Shown here piece after piece: positions 19,708 to 28,433 of a stretch of DNA of 64,000 nt. The DNA comes from Candidatus Gastranaerophilales bacterium. GTDB taxonomy: Bacteria; Cyanobacteriota; Vampirovibrionia; Gastranaerophilales; Gastranaerophilaceae. Every line of letters starts with the position of its first letter. Position 1 is the first letter of the stretch. The translations under genes were made by a program, and so were the position numbers. The notes under the pieces are model-generated. The model searched no databases. It was given only the letters and a program-made list of their open reading frames with translations, and had not been told where the DNA came from. The stretch spans positions 9,979 through 73,978 of the forward strand of contig JAFQHZ010000009.1 in the NCBI GenBank assembly GCA_017415185.1, read 5' to 3'.

Positions 19708-20460
19708 ATGTTTTTTAAAAAAAGAATAATAAAAAAATTTAGACAAAAATTAAAAAATATCAAAATAAAAGAAATTGAAAGCTCAAAAAAAGAAAAAGAA
19801 CAAATAATTTCAATTTTAAATCACGATATTAAAACGCCAATTTTGGCACAAAATCAAAGCTTAAGATTACTCTTAGAAGGCGGCTTTGGCTTGTTAAATT
19901 TTGAACAAAAGGAAATCATTAAAGAAATTTATTCCTCAAACAATTTTCTTTTAAATGTTGTTTTGAATTCGATTTATTTAACAAAACACCAAAACGAAAA
20001 TCCAAAATTGAAAATTGAAAAAATAAATCTAACAAAAGAAATTCTCGATTGTTGCGAATCTATTAAAAATCTTGCAAACGAAAAACAACAAAGAATCATT
20101 ATCAAAACAAATAAAAAAGAAGACATTAATCTTAAAGCGGATAGAAATATGATTCAAAAAATATTTATGAATATATTATCAAGCAGCATTTCTTCAGGAT
20201 TCGAAAAAAGTAATATTGAAATTTCAATTGAAGAAAATAATGATTGCGTTTCTTTTTATACAAAAAATCAATCAATTTATATGACAAAAGAAAAATTAAA
20301 AACATTATTTGAAGAAAAAAACACAAAAGACTTTAATCAACTCGGTTTGAATTTAAATTTAAATATTGCAAAACAATTAATCAATGCACACAATTGGGAT
20401 ATTATTGCGGAATCGAAGAAAAACAATTCTGCTTCTTTTGGTTTTATTGCAAAGAAATAG
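19708..20460 (+). CDS. histidine-kinase-like protein, soluble, with degenerate ATP-binding boxes
   Basis: The H-box is LNHDIKTPI and an N-box Asn is present (FMNILSSS). The G1 DxGxG box is not recognisable, and G2 is reduced to QLGLNLNLNIAKQL. There is no TM or sensor domain. Confidence 0.6.
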   Translation: MFFKKRIIKKFRQKLKNIKIKEIESSKKEKEQIISILNHDIKTPILAQNQSLRLLLEGGFGLLNFEQKEIIKEIYSSNNFLLNVVLNSIYLTKHQNENPKLKIEKINLTKEILDCCESIKNLANEKQQRIIIKTNKKEDINLKADRNMIQKIFMNILSSSISSGFEKSNIEISIEENNDCVSFYTKNQSIYMTKEKLKTLFEEKNTKDFNQLGLNLNLNIAKQLINAHNWDIIAESKKNNSASFGFIAKK

Positions 20461-20502
20461 TTAGCAAAAAATATTTTTGATTTGTTTTAAAATATAAGAA
20501 AT

Positions 20503-21927
20503 ATGCGCATTAATAACCAAAACAATCAAAATTTTAAAGGTTTAAGCCCTCTAAGCCCTGCTTTAGGGCAATTTTATAATGCAAACGCAACCATCCCAAC
20601 GCTCATTATTGAAACAGGAGTAACTTTAGGAAGGGCGAGGGAAGCAAACAAAAGGGGAGGAAAACCCGAAGCAATAGACAGGCTTGTTGAACAAGGAATA
20701 AGCGCTGTTGTTTGGATTTACGGGGTTAAAGCGCTAAAAAAAATTGGAGATATTATTGGTCAAAAAGTTTTAAACATTAAAGATTTAAATTTTGATATAG
20801 GTTTTGACGAATTAAGAAACCCAACAAAATATATCGACAAAAAAGCACTTGGTTTTAAAGCGGGAAATATCCTTGCCTGCACTGCGATTGCAACATATTT
20901 CATCGGGGCAATTTTGCCTAAAATTAACAATGCAATTTTAGATAAGACACTAAAAAAACAAAAAGAAGCCGAAAAAAGCAAAAACAAAACTCTAAACCAA
21001 AAAAGAACTTCTTTTGAAGAATTCAAAAACAACACAAAGAAAAACAAAGAAATCTCTTTCACTTCGCTATCAGGAGCTTTGATTAATAGTGCGCATATTT
21101 TAGAAAACAACTCAACCGCAAGACTCCTAATAACAGACACAGGAGTTGTAGCAGGAAGATTTCACAACGCTCCAAATAAATATAGAAAAATTGAAGGATT
21201 ATTCAGAGATATCGCTTCAATATATTTCTATTTAAAAGCAACGAAACATATTTCAGATGGTTTAAATTCGTTATCCAAAAACACAGCAATTGACCCAAGA
21301 ACACTAGAAAAAACTATCGAAATGCTTAGCAAAAAAATAAAAGAAAATCCTGAATTATCAGCGGACGACCTTCTTGAATTTGCAACAAGCAAAATCGACA
21401 AAGAAAAATTTGAACAATTAAAAGAACTTTTCAAAAAAGAAAAAACAATTTCTTGCGAAGATTTTATTAAAGCTTTTCCAGATTTAAGCGCCAAAGCAGA
21501 AGAAATGGCGAAATTACAATATATTGAAGAAGGGAAAGGAATTTTATCATTCCAACAAGCAAGCGATGTTTTATCAAATTCTTGGACAAGTAATCCAAAA
21601 TTTTTAAAAGAAACTTTTGATTACACAACAAAAAAAGATATTGCAGACAAATTCACTTTCGTATCAAGCAAAAAGCTCGACGAAACAAGAGCCTCTATTG
21701 ATGGCTTTATTGAGCAAATTGCAAGAAGCGCAAAAAAAGAAAACTGCAAAATTTCTCAAGAATTTATAACAAAAATTGCAAAGAAAAATATTGGCAAAAA
21801 TCTTCTTTTTAATACTATTGGCACAGCCATTTCCATATTTGCCCTTGGAACGTTAATTCCAAAAGTGCAATATGCTATAACCAAAAAATTGACCAACGAA
21901 AACAAATTTCATACTGAAAAAGAATAA
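20503..21927 (+). CDS. hypothetical membrane-associated protein (474 aa)
   Basis: A long ORF with several hydrophobic helices and a Lys-rich linker. The N-terminus is MRINNQNNQNFKG. I recognise no family. Confidence 0.5.
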   Translation: MRINNQNNQNFKGLSPLSPALGQFYNANATIPTLIIETGVTLGRAREANKRGGKPEAIDRLVEQGISAVVWIYGVKALKKIGDIIGQKVLNIKDLNFDIGFDELRNPTKYIDKKALGFKAGNILACTAIATYFIGAILPKINNAILDKTLKKQKEAEKSKNKTLNQKRTSFEEFKNNTKKNKEISFTSLSGALINSAHILENNSTARLLITDTGVVAGRFHNAPNKYRKIEGLFRDIASIYFYLKATKHISDGLNSLSKNTAIDPRTLEKTIEMLSKKIKENPELSADDLLEFATSKIDKEKFEQLKELFKKEKTISCEDFIKAFPDLSAKAEEMAKLQYIEEGKGILSFQQASDVLSNSWTSNPKFLKETFDYTTKKDIADKFTFVSSKKLDETRASIDGFIEQIARSAKKENCKISQEFITKIAKKNIGKNLLFNTIGTAISIFALGTLIPKVQYAITKKLTNENKFHTEKE

Positions 21928-22008
21928 AAAGGCATGCCCCAAAATGCAAGATTAAAGGTATAATTTACAATTGTTTACACCTTTATGTTTTTTAACAATG
22001 GCTTGATT

Positions 22009-22117
22009 CATGCATTTAGCATGCATTTCACATGTCGAACATGTCGCAAATCATGTCATATCATGCATCCTAGACACCATGACTCCTTGAAATACAAGCA
22101 TGATAGGCTTTATCATG
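22009..22117. promoter_or_regulatory. CATG-rich iterated motif array (9 CATG sites in 109 bp) upstream of a promoter
   Basis: CATG occurs at 22009, 22020, 22031, 22040, 22052, 22062, 22078, 22099 and 22114. The first six are spaced 9-12 bp apart. Sub-repeats are CATGCATTT x2, ACATGTCG x2 and ATCATG x3. Confidence 0.45.
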
Positions 22118-22152
22118 ATTGTAAATTCCCGTAATAATTGGCGAAAAATTGC

Positions 22153-22180
22153 TTGATAATTGGAACTGAAAAGATATAAT
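22153..22180 (+). promoter_or_regulatory. putative sigma70-type promoter for the 22253 ORF
   Basis: TTGATA (22153-22158), a 16-nt spacer, then TATAAT (22175-22180). This is followed by a leader of about 65 nt containing a GC-rich segment and a GGGAGAG RBS before GTG 22253. Confidence 0.4.
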
Positions 22181-22252
22181 TAAATTAAAGCCAAGGGGGG
22201 CAAGGCAAAAGCCCACCTCGAGCTAACTAGAATTTTTGGGAGAGTTTATAAA

Positions 22253-22474
22253 GTGTTAAAGAGTAGAGATTTTGGCAGAGCTACTGCGGTAAGAAGATGG
22301 ACTCAAACTGCAATTGAATGCTACAAAAGGGGTTGCAACTGTGAAGGTTGCTTTTACACCGATTTCTTTAACAATTCAAGTCAAAAATGCCAAATGAAAG
22401 CTTCTGTTCTTGAATTAGTGAGAGTTTTAGGCAAACCAGACATTGAATTGAAACAAGTTTTGACAGACGATTAA
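22253..22474 (+). CDS. small Cys-rich hypothetical protein (73 aa, GTG start)
   Basis: The ORF has an RBS and a promoter-like element upstream and a strong terminator at its stop. It has five Cys, including the C-x-C-x2-C cluster GCNCEGC. I recognise no family. Confidence 0.4.
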   Translation: MLKSRDFGRATAVRRWTQTAIECYKRGCNCEGCFYTDFFNNSSQKCQMKASVLELVRVLGKPDIELKQVLTDD

Positions 22475-22495
22475 TTAATTTTAATCGTCTTTTTT
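22465..22495. terminator. bidirectional rho-independent terminator between the 22253 ORF and cdd
   Basis: A perfect hairpin AGACGATTAA-ttaatt-TTAATCGTCT is followed by a T-run and overlaps both convergent stop codons. Confidence 0.7.
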
Positions 22496-22898
22496 ATTTC
22501 TCAAATTTAAAACCTGAAGGAAAAATTTCTTCCAAACTTAAAACTAAAAGTTTATTTTCGTCATCTTCCAATATTATTTTTGTTTCGCCATCTTCAAGCG
22601 CAAACTCAGAAAGCCATTGCCTACAAGCACCGCAAGGCATACATTTTGCTTGTTTTGGAGAATAAATTGCTATTGCTTTAATTTTTGTTTTTTCATTTTG
22701 GGCAATTGCTGTTGAAATTGCGTTTCTTTCAGCACACAAAGTTAAACCATAGCTAACATTTTCAACATTACAACCCAAATATCTTTTTCCACTTTCGTAC
22801 AAAACGCAAGCGCCAACAGGAAATTTTGAATATGGAGAATATGTGTTTTCGCTAATTTTTTTAGCTTCTTGCATTAATTCTTGATAAATTTTTTCCAT
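22494..22898 (-). CDS. cdd: cytidine deaminase
   Basis: It has the zinc motifs CAERNAI and PCGACRQ. At 134 aa it is the homotetrameric type. Confidence 0.9.
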   Translation of the reverse strand: MEKIYQELMQEAKKISENTYSPYSKFPVGACVLYESGKRYLGCNVENVSYGLTLCAERNAISTAIAQNEKTKIKAIAIYSPKQAKCMPCGACRQWLSEFALEDGETKIILEDDENKLLVLSLEEIFPSGFKFEK

Positions 22899-23027
22899 TT
22901 TTACCTCAAAATTTCAACTGTATATTTTATTATACCCTTAATTTTTAAAAATCTCACTATTTGTGGTTATTTTTCAATCATTTCGGGGAATATATCTCAT
23001 GACTAACACGAAGGGTTCAAGATTGGT

Positions 23028-23519
23028 ATGTCTATAAACGCAATCAATAGCGTATCTTTATACGAATATTACTATCGAATAAATAAAAAAGAGCAAGAGA
23101 AAAAAGAATCCCCTCTTGCCGATGAAATGCGCAAATATGGACTAGTGCCAACCGATAATGAAAATTTGAATATTCAACTTTTGAAAAACGCCAAAGATAT
23201 TAAAAGACAACAAGAAACACAAGAAAAACAAGAAATCCCATATTCTCAAAGACCATGGGCTGATTTAATGTATCAATTGAATATTCAATTTAACGAAGAT
23301 CCAAAAGACGACATCGAAGATATCAAAGACGAACTTGCCCTTTTAACAAGAGGAATGGACGACGAAGAGCTAAACAGAGAAATTCGTGACCTAGAAAGTT
23401 ATGTTGAAAATTTATATATTAATTTTCAACAAATCTACACAACCAACAAATTCACAGGCACAAGCATCAATGCTCAGTTGAATAATTTGGCTATGATAAA
23501 CCAAGCTAACCTTCTCTAA
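23028..23519 (+). CDS. hypothetical acidic protein (163 aa)
   Basis: An ORF followed by a terminator. It is Glu/Asp/Gln-rich. I recognise no family. Confidence 0.45.
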   Translation: MSINAINSVSLYEYYYRINKKEQEKKESPLADEMRKYGLVPTDNENLNIQLLKNAKDIKRQQETQEKQEIPYSQRPWADLMYQLNIQFNEDPKDDIEDIKDELALLTRGMDDEELNREIRDLESYVENLYINFQQIYTTNKFTGTSINAQLNNLAMINQANLL

Positions 23520-23547
23520 TCCCACATATCAGAACTTCGATGTTAGA

Positions 23548-23575
23548 AAGAGCCCTAGTGGGCTCTTTTATTTTA
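23548..23575 (+). terminator. rho-independent terminator
   Basis: The hairpin AAGAGCCC-tagt-GGGCTCTT is followed by a T-rich tract. Confidence 0.6.
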
Positions 23576-25070
23576 CTTTTATAAACTTCCATTTAGGATT
23601 TTTTGTATCAAAAGGCAAGCTTGAAGCCTCTTCAAAAGGCATAATCAAACCTTTTTTATGATATTCTTTCCAAGTTTGTTTGAAAGCTCCTAAATTTCCG
23701 CCTCGTTCTACAACATCAATCAACAAATCAGCCAAACTTTCGTCATATCTTGATAAAATGCTTTGAATAATATCCCAATCAACGCTCGATGGTCTGAATG
23801 TTACGCCCATTTTATGAAATTCTTTTTTAAGATAATTTAAACGCTTTTCTAATATTTTTTTATCAGCTCTTTCAACAAGTTCAAAAGGAGTTTGCGCTTT
23901 TGGAATAAAAGTTGAAGTTGAAATTGTTATATCAAACGCACCGCCAATTTTTTTGACTTGCGCTTTCATTTCTTTGATTAAATCAACCAATGCTTCAATA
24001 TCTTCATCGACTTCAGTTGGAAGCCCAATCATTGTATAAATTTTCATTCCCTTTAAACCGTTTTTTTGAGCAACCGCCAAGGTTTTTAAAATTTGCTCTT
24101 GCGATAAATTTTTGTTTATATAATCTCTTAATCTTTGGCTGCCTGCCTCAAGCGCTATTGTTGCGGTTTTTTGGTTGCATTGGACTAAAAGCTTAATTAA
24201 ATTTTCATCCGCCAAATCAGCCCTTAAAGAAGAGATTGAAAGCTCTATCGGGCGAGTTTGACAATATGATGAAATATGTTCAATGATTTTATCAAAATCA
24301 GGATGTCCAGCAACATAGGCCCCCATTAAAGCCAATTTATCAGTGTATTGAAGTCCAAAATCTATTGCTTCAATAATTTTATTCAAAGGCACAAAACGAG
24401 TTGGAATATTTAAATGACTCGCTAAACAAAATTTGCACATTTTTGGACAACCACGCTCAATTTCAATAACAAAAGAATCCTTAAAATAACTTTTTTCAGA
24501 CAAAATCGGCGTGTAGACTATTTCATCATTCAAATTATCCCTAGTAATTTTAATTTCGTTTTTAGGATATTTTGGAACATAAATTCCATCAAGATTTGAT
24601 AATCTTTTCAACTTTTCATCACGAGACAAATCTCTGCATTTTTTTAATTCATCAAGCGCAAGTTTTAAAGAACATTTTTCTCCAATCGAAATAAAATCAA
24701 AAAATTCTTCAAAAGGCTTAGGATTCGCCATTAAAACAGGTCCACCTGCAAAAATTATTGGAGTGTCTTCATTTCTTTGCGAAAATTTTAATGGAATTTG
24801 ATATTTATTTAACATTTTAATAATGGTCAAAATATCGATTTCAAAACTCATCGAAAAACCAGCCAAATCAAGACAATCAAGCGGAATTTCAAATATCTTT
24901 GTATCAGAATAAATTCTCTCAACATAAAGTTCAGGGTCTAAATCTAGCATTTTAAATATTGAAAGATACCCCAATGACGCCATTGCAAAAGATTCAATTG
25001 CGCCATACATAAACCAAACATTTAATTTTGGGTCTTTTTCGCTTAATCTGCTATAAAGAAATTTTTCCAT
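23568..25070 (-). CDS. radical SAM protein with N-terminal B12-binding-like domain (uncharacterised subfamily)
   Basis: The CxxxCxxC cluster is ERGCPKMCKFCLAS. It is 500 aa with the usual downstream radical SAM core. Confidence 0.8.
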   Translation of the reverse strand: MEKFLYSRLSEKDPKLNVWFMYGAIESFAMASLGYLSIFKMLDLDPELYVERIYSDTKIFEIPLDCLDLAGFSMSFEIDILTIIKMLNKYQIPLKFSQRNEDTPIIFAGGPVLMANPKPFEEFFDFISIGEKCSLKLALDELKKCRDLSRDEKLKRLSNLDGIYVPKYPKNEIKITRDNLNDEIVYTPILSEKSYFKDSFVIEIERGCPKMCKFCLASHLNIPTRFVPLNKIIEAIDFGLQYTDKLALMGAYVAGHPDFDKIIEHISSYCQTRPIELSISSLRADLADENLIKLLVQCNQKTATIALEAGSQRLRDYINKNLSQEQILKTLAVAQKNGLKGMKIYTMIGLPTEVDEDIEALVDLIKEMKAQVKKIGGAFDITISTSTFIPKAQTPFELVERADKKILEKRLNYLKKEFHKMGVTFRPSSVDWDIIQSILSRYDESLADLLIDVVERGGNLGAFKQTWKEYHKKGLIMPFEEASSLPFDTKNPKWKFIKVK

Positions 25071-25072
25071 AT

Positions 25073-26095
25073 TTATTGCTTATTGTTTATTTTATTCAAA
25101 TATAATTCATCAACTAATACGCAAATAGCGCAAGCTATTGCAGGAGACAAAATCACACCCCAAAAACCCAAAAATCTTGCTGAAATTAACAAAGCGATGA
25201 TTATCATTAAAGGATGCATATTCAAAAGTTTCCCAAAAACGATTGGTCTTAAGAATTGATTTTGTGACCATTGCGCAACCATATATACAACAAAAGTCAA
25301 TAATACTGCAACAAAACCCATATCAATACTTGTCAAAAGACCAATTATAATAGCTAGCGCAGGACCAACAACAGGTATGATATCAAAAACGCAAGCAATA
25401 AAGCCCAATAATACTGCATGAGGATTTTGAAGCAACAACAAACCAATTGATGTCATTAAACCAACAAAAACCATTGCAATACCTTGCGCAAAAACATAAT
25501 TACCAACTTTTGAAGCAATATTTTCAAATATTTTTAACGCACGTTCTTTATGTTCAGCTGGGAAAAATTCAATAAATTTGTCTTTCAATCTTTTTTCGTC
25601 ATAAGCAAAATAAAAGACTATAATTGCAATTGCAAAAATTGTCGTAAAGAAATTTGCAACCCATTTCCCAGCCACAATTGAATTTTCAACCAATTGCTTA
25701 GCCCCTTGAGTTAAAGGGTCTTTTACGGCTTCAAAAGTTACAAAGCTTGAAATAGATTTTCCAAAAAGCTGAAAATTCAAAACTTTTTCAATTTCGTCTA
25801 TAACATTTGGAAAATTGCCAATCAATTGGATTGCTTCTTTGATACAAACGGTTATCAAAGGAACAAAAATTAAAAATGAAGCCAAAATCATTAAAAACAA
25901 AAGCAAAGTAACCGCCCAAACCCTAGGCATCCTTTTTTCCATTTTATTAATAATTGGGCTAATTGCGCAAGTAATAACAAACGCACCAAATAACATCATC
26001 AAAATATCAAGCGAATAAATCGACAATATTATTACACCAACGATTAATATAAACGCAATTATATTTTTGTAACTTAAAATTTTAACGTTTTCCAT
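25073..26095 (-). CDS. AI-2E family transporter (PerM/UPF0118)
   Basis: It has about 8 TM helices and a conserved C-terminal region (DIIPVVGP..., FLRP...G) typical of the family. Confidence 0.8.
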   Translation of the reverse strand: MENVKILSYKNIIAFILIVGVIILSIYSLDILMMLFGAFVITCAISPIINKMEKRMPRVWAVTLLLFLMILASFLIFVPLITVCIKEAIQLIGNFPNVIDEIEKVLNFQLFGKSISSFVTFEAVKDPLTQGAKQLVENSIVAGKWVANFFTTIFAIAIIVFYFAYDEKRLKDKFIEFFPAEHKERALKIFENIASKVGNYVFAQGIAMVFVGLMTSIGLLLLQNPHAVLLGFIACVFDIIPVVGPALAIIIGLLTSIDMGFVAVLLTFVVYMVAQWSQNQFLRPIVFGKLLNMHPLMIIIALLISARFLGFWGVILSPAIACAICVLVDELYLNKINNKQ

Positions 26096-26173
26096 TCAAA
26101 AACCTCTATTTAATAACATAATTTATGGTATAATCTTTTTTGAATTTTATCAAGAGGAAAGTAGCATACACGA

Positions 26174-27493
26174 ATGAATAATAACGAATTTGTAAACCAA
26201 AACATTAAACCCCTAAACACCAAAATTAATAGCAAAGGAAACCTTGAAATTTCAGGATGTGATTTAGTAGAATTAGCGCAAGAATTCAAAACTCCATTAT
26301 ATGTTATGGATAAAAATACGCTTTTAAAAATGGCGCAAGATTACAAAAAAGCTTTTTCGCCATATCCTAAAACAAAAATGCTTTTTGCTTCAAAAGCTTT
26401 GATGACAGGAGCTATCGCTAAAATATTGAACGAAGTTGGCTTTGGATTTGATGTTGTTTCAATTGGAGAAATTTACACATTATTAAACGCAGGAATTTCC
26501 CTGAATAATACTTCTTTCAATGGAAATAATAAATCCATTGAAGAACTAGAATTTGCTCTTGATAATAATATTGATCATATTAGCGTTGATAATTTTTATG
26601 AGCTTAAAATTTTAAATAAAATTGCAAAAGACAAAAACAAAATTCAAAGAATTCATTTAAGAATTACTCCTGGAATTGAATGTCATACCCACGAATATAT
26701 TCAAACAGGACAGCTTGATTCAAAATTTGGTTTTGATTTGTCAATGATGGATGAAGCAATTACTCTCATTTTAAATGAATATAAAAACCTTAATTTAGTT
26801 GGACTTCATGCGCATATTGGTTCTCAAATTTTTGAAACAAAAGTGTATGACGATGAGGCAAAAATTGTTTTAGAAGAAATCAAAAGAATTAAAGACAAAT
26901 TTAATATTGAATTAAGCGAAATCAACCTTGGTGGCGGTTTAGGAATAACCTATACAAAAGAGGACAATCCACCAAGCGTTTATGAAATTGCGCAAGTTTT
27001 AATTAATTCAATTAATTCTAATTGCGAACGATTAAACCTTGAAAAACCTGTTTTATATATCGAACCAGGGCGCTCTTTGGTTTGTTCCGCTGGCGTTAGC
27101 TTATACACAATCGGCAGTGAAAAAAATATCGAAGGAATAAGAAAATATATCGCAGTTGACGGCGGAATGGCCGACAATCCAAGACCATCAATGTATCAAG
27201 CTCAATATTGCGCTGAAATTGCCAATGCAAAAAAAGAAAACAAGCCCGAAATCGTGACTGTTGCAGGAAAATTTTGCGAATCGGGAGATATTTTAATTAA
27301 AGATATTGAACTTAATTCCCCAAAAAGCGGAGATATTCTTTGTGTTTACGACACAGGAGCATATTGTTATTCAATGAGCTCAAATTATAATCGAGTGCTC
27401 AAAAGCGCAATGGTGCTAATCGAGAACGGAAAAGGAAAATTAATTGTCAAAAGACAAACCCTTGAACAACTCGTGCAAAATGATGTAATATAA
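26174..27493 (+). CDS. lysA: diaminopimelate decarboxylase
   Basis: It has the fold-III PLP decarboxylase motifs HAHIGSQIF, GGGLGI, EPGRSLV and CESGD. Confidence 0.9.
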   Translation: MNNNEFVNQNIKPLNTKINSKGNLEISGCDLVELAQEFKTPLYVMDKNTLLKMAQDYKKAFSPYPKTKMLFASKALMTGAIAKILNEVGFGFDVVSIGEIYTLLNAGISLNNTSFNGNNKSIEELEFALDNNIDHISVDNFYELKILNKIAKDKNKIQRIHLRITPGIECHTHEYIQTGQLDSKFGFDLSMMDEAITLILNEYKNLNLVGLHAHIGSQIFETKVYDDEAKIVLEEIKRIKDKFNIELSEINLGGGLGITYTKEDNPPSVYEIAQVLINSINSNCERLNLEKPVLYIEPGRSLVCSAGVSLYTIGSEKNIEGIRKYIAVDGGMADNPRPSMYQAQYCAEIANAKKENKPEIVTVAGKFCESGDILIKDIELNSPKSGDILCVYDTGAYCYSMSSNYNRVLKSAMVLIENGKGKLIVKRQTLEQLVQNDVI

Positions 27494-27524
27494 AGAAAAC
27501 TTTAATATAAAATAGAGGGTTGAT

Positions 27525-28433
27525 ATGAATTTTACAAATTTTGATGTTTTTTTAATGACACAATTTGAACATTTCTTCAAGGAAATGAACAAAGTTGCAA
27601 TAACCATCAATATCTTTGAAATTTTGGTTCTTGGCTTTGCTCTATATTACCTATATCAACGCTTTATTAAAGGAACACACAGCGAAAACCTTGTTCGTGG
27701 CTCTTTGCTTTTGGTTGTAATGTGGGGTTTATCTGAACTTTTAATTAAAATTAATTTGAATATTTTTGGCGTATTTTTAAAAACATTAGTCTCAATTGTT
27801 TCAATCGGTTTAATAGTTATTTTCCAACCTGAATTAAGAAGATTTTTGGGCTATATTGGTCAAGGAAATCTTTTTGAAAAATTATTCATGAATGGTTCTG
27901 AAACAATTGGAACAAAACAACTAGACACAGCAAAAGAATTAATCGAAACAATTAAATATCTTTCAAAATCAAAAACAGGCGGTTTAATTGTTCTGCAAAA
28001 AGACGTTACTTCCCTTGCGCAGTCTGATGTTGGAGTTAAAATTAACGCAGATATTTCTCAAGAATTGCTTTTAACAATATTTTTCCCTAATACTCCACTT
28101 CACGATGGCGCAGTTGTAATTAGAGATAATAAAATCATTTCAGCAGGTGTTTTATTACCTTTAACAGAAGATCCTAAGCTTTCTTGGAGATATGGAACTC
28201 GCCACAGAGCTGCGATTGGCGTTTCTGAGATTTATCCTGATTGCGCTTGCATTGTAGTATCCGAAGAAACAGGAGATGTTTCTGTTGCAATTGATGGAAT
28301 TTTGAAAAAATATGATGACCTAGGCAAGCTAAAAGCAGACCTAACAAGAATATTAGGCTATAAACAAGAAGAAACAACAACTCACGAAAAAAGCTTTATC
28401 AAATTCGACAATATTTTTGGCAAAAATTCTTAA
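27525..28433 (+). CDS. cdaA: membrane-anchored diadenylate cyclase (c-di-AMP synthase, CdaA type)
   Basis: N-terminal TM helices are followed by a DAC domain with the motifs PLHDGAVVI, GTRHRAA and VVSEETG. Confidence 0.85.
   Translation: MNFTNFDVFLMTQFEHFFKEMNKVAITINIFEILVLGFALYYLYQRFIKGTHSENLVRGSLLLVVMWGLSELLIKINLNIFGVFLKTLVSIVSIGLIVIFQPELRRFLGYIGQGNLFEKLFMNGSETIGTKQLDTAKELIETIKYLSKSKTGGLIVLQKDVTSLAQSDVGVKINADISQELLLTIFFPNTPLHDGAVVIRDNKIISAGVLLPLTEDPKLSWRYGTRHRAAIGVSEIYPDCACIVVSEETGDVSVAIDGILKKYDDLGKLKADLTRILGYKQEETTTHEKSFIKFDNIFGKNS

Noticed and set aside
23028-23519. A faint resemblance between the C-terminus (…SINAQLNNLAMINQANLL) and flagellin or hook-associated protein termini.
   Set aside because: The similarity rests on a few residues in a 163-aa acidic protein. 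No flagellar genes are nearby and no N-terminal flagellin-type helix motif is present.
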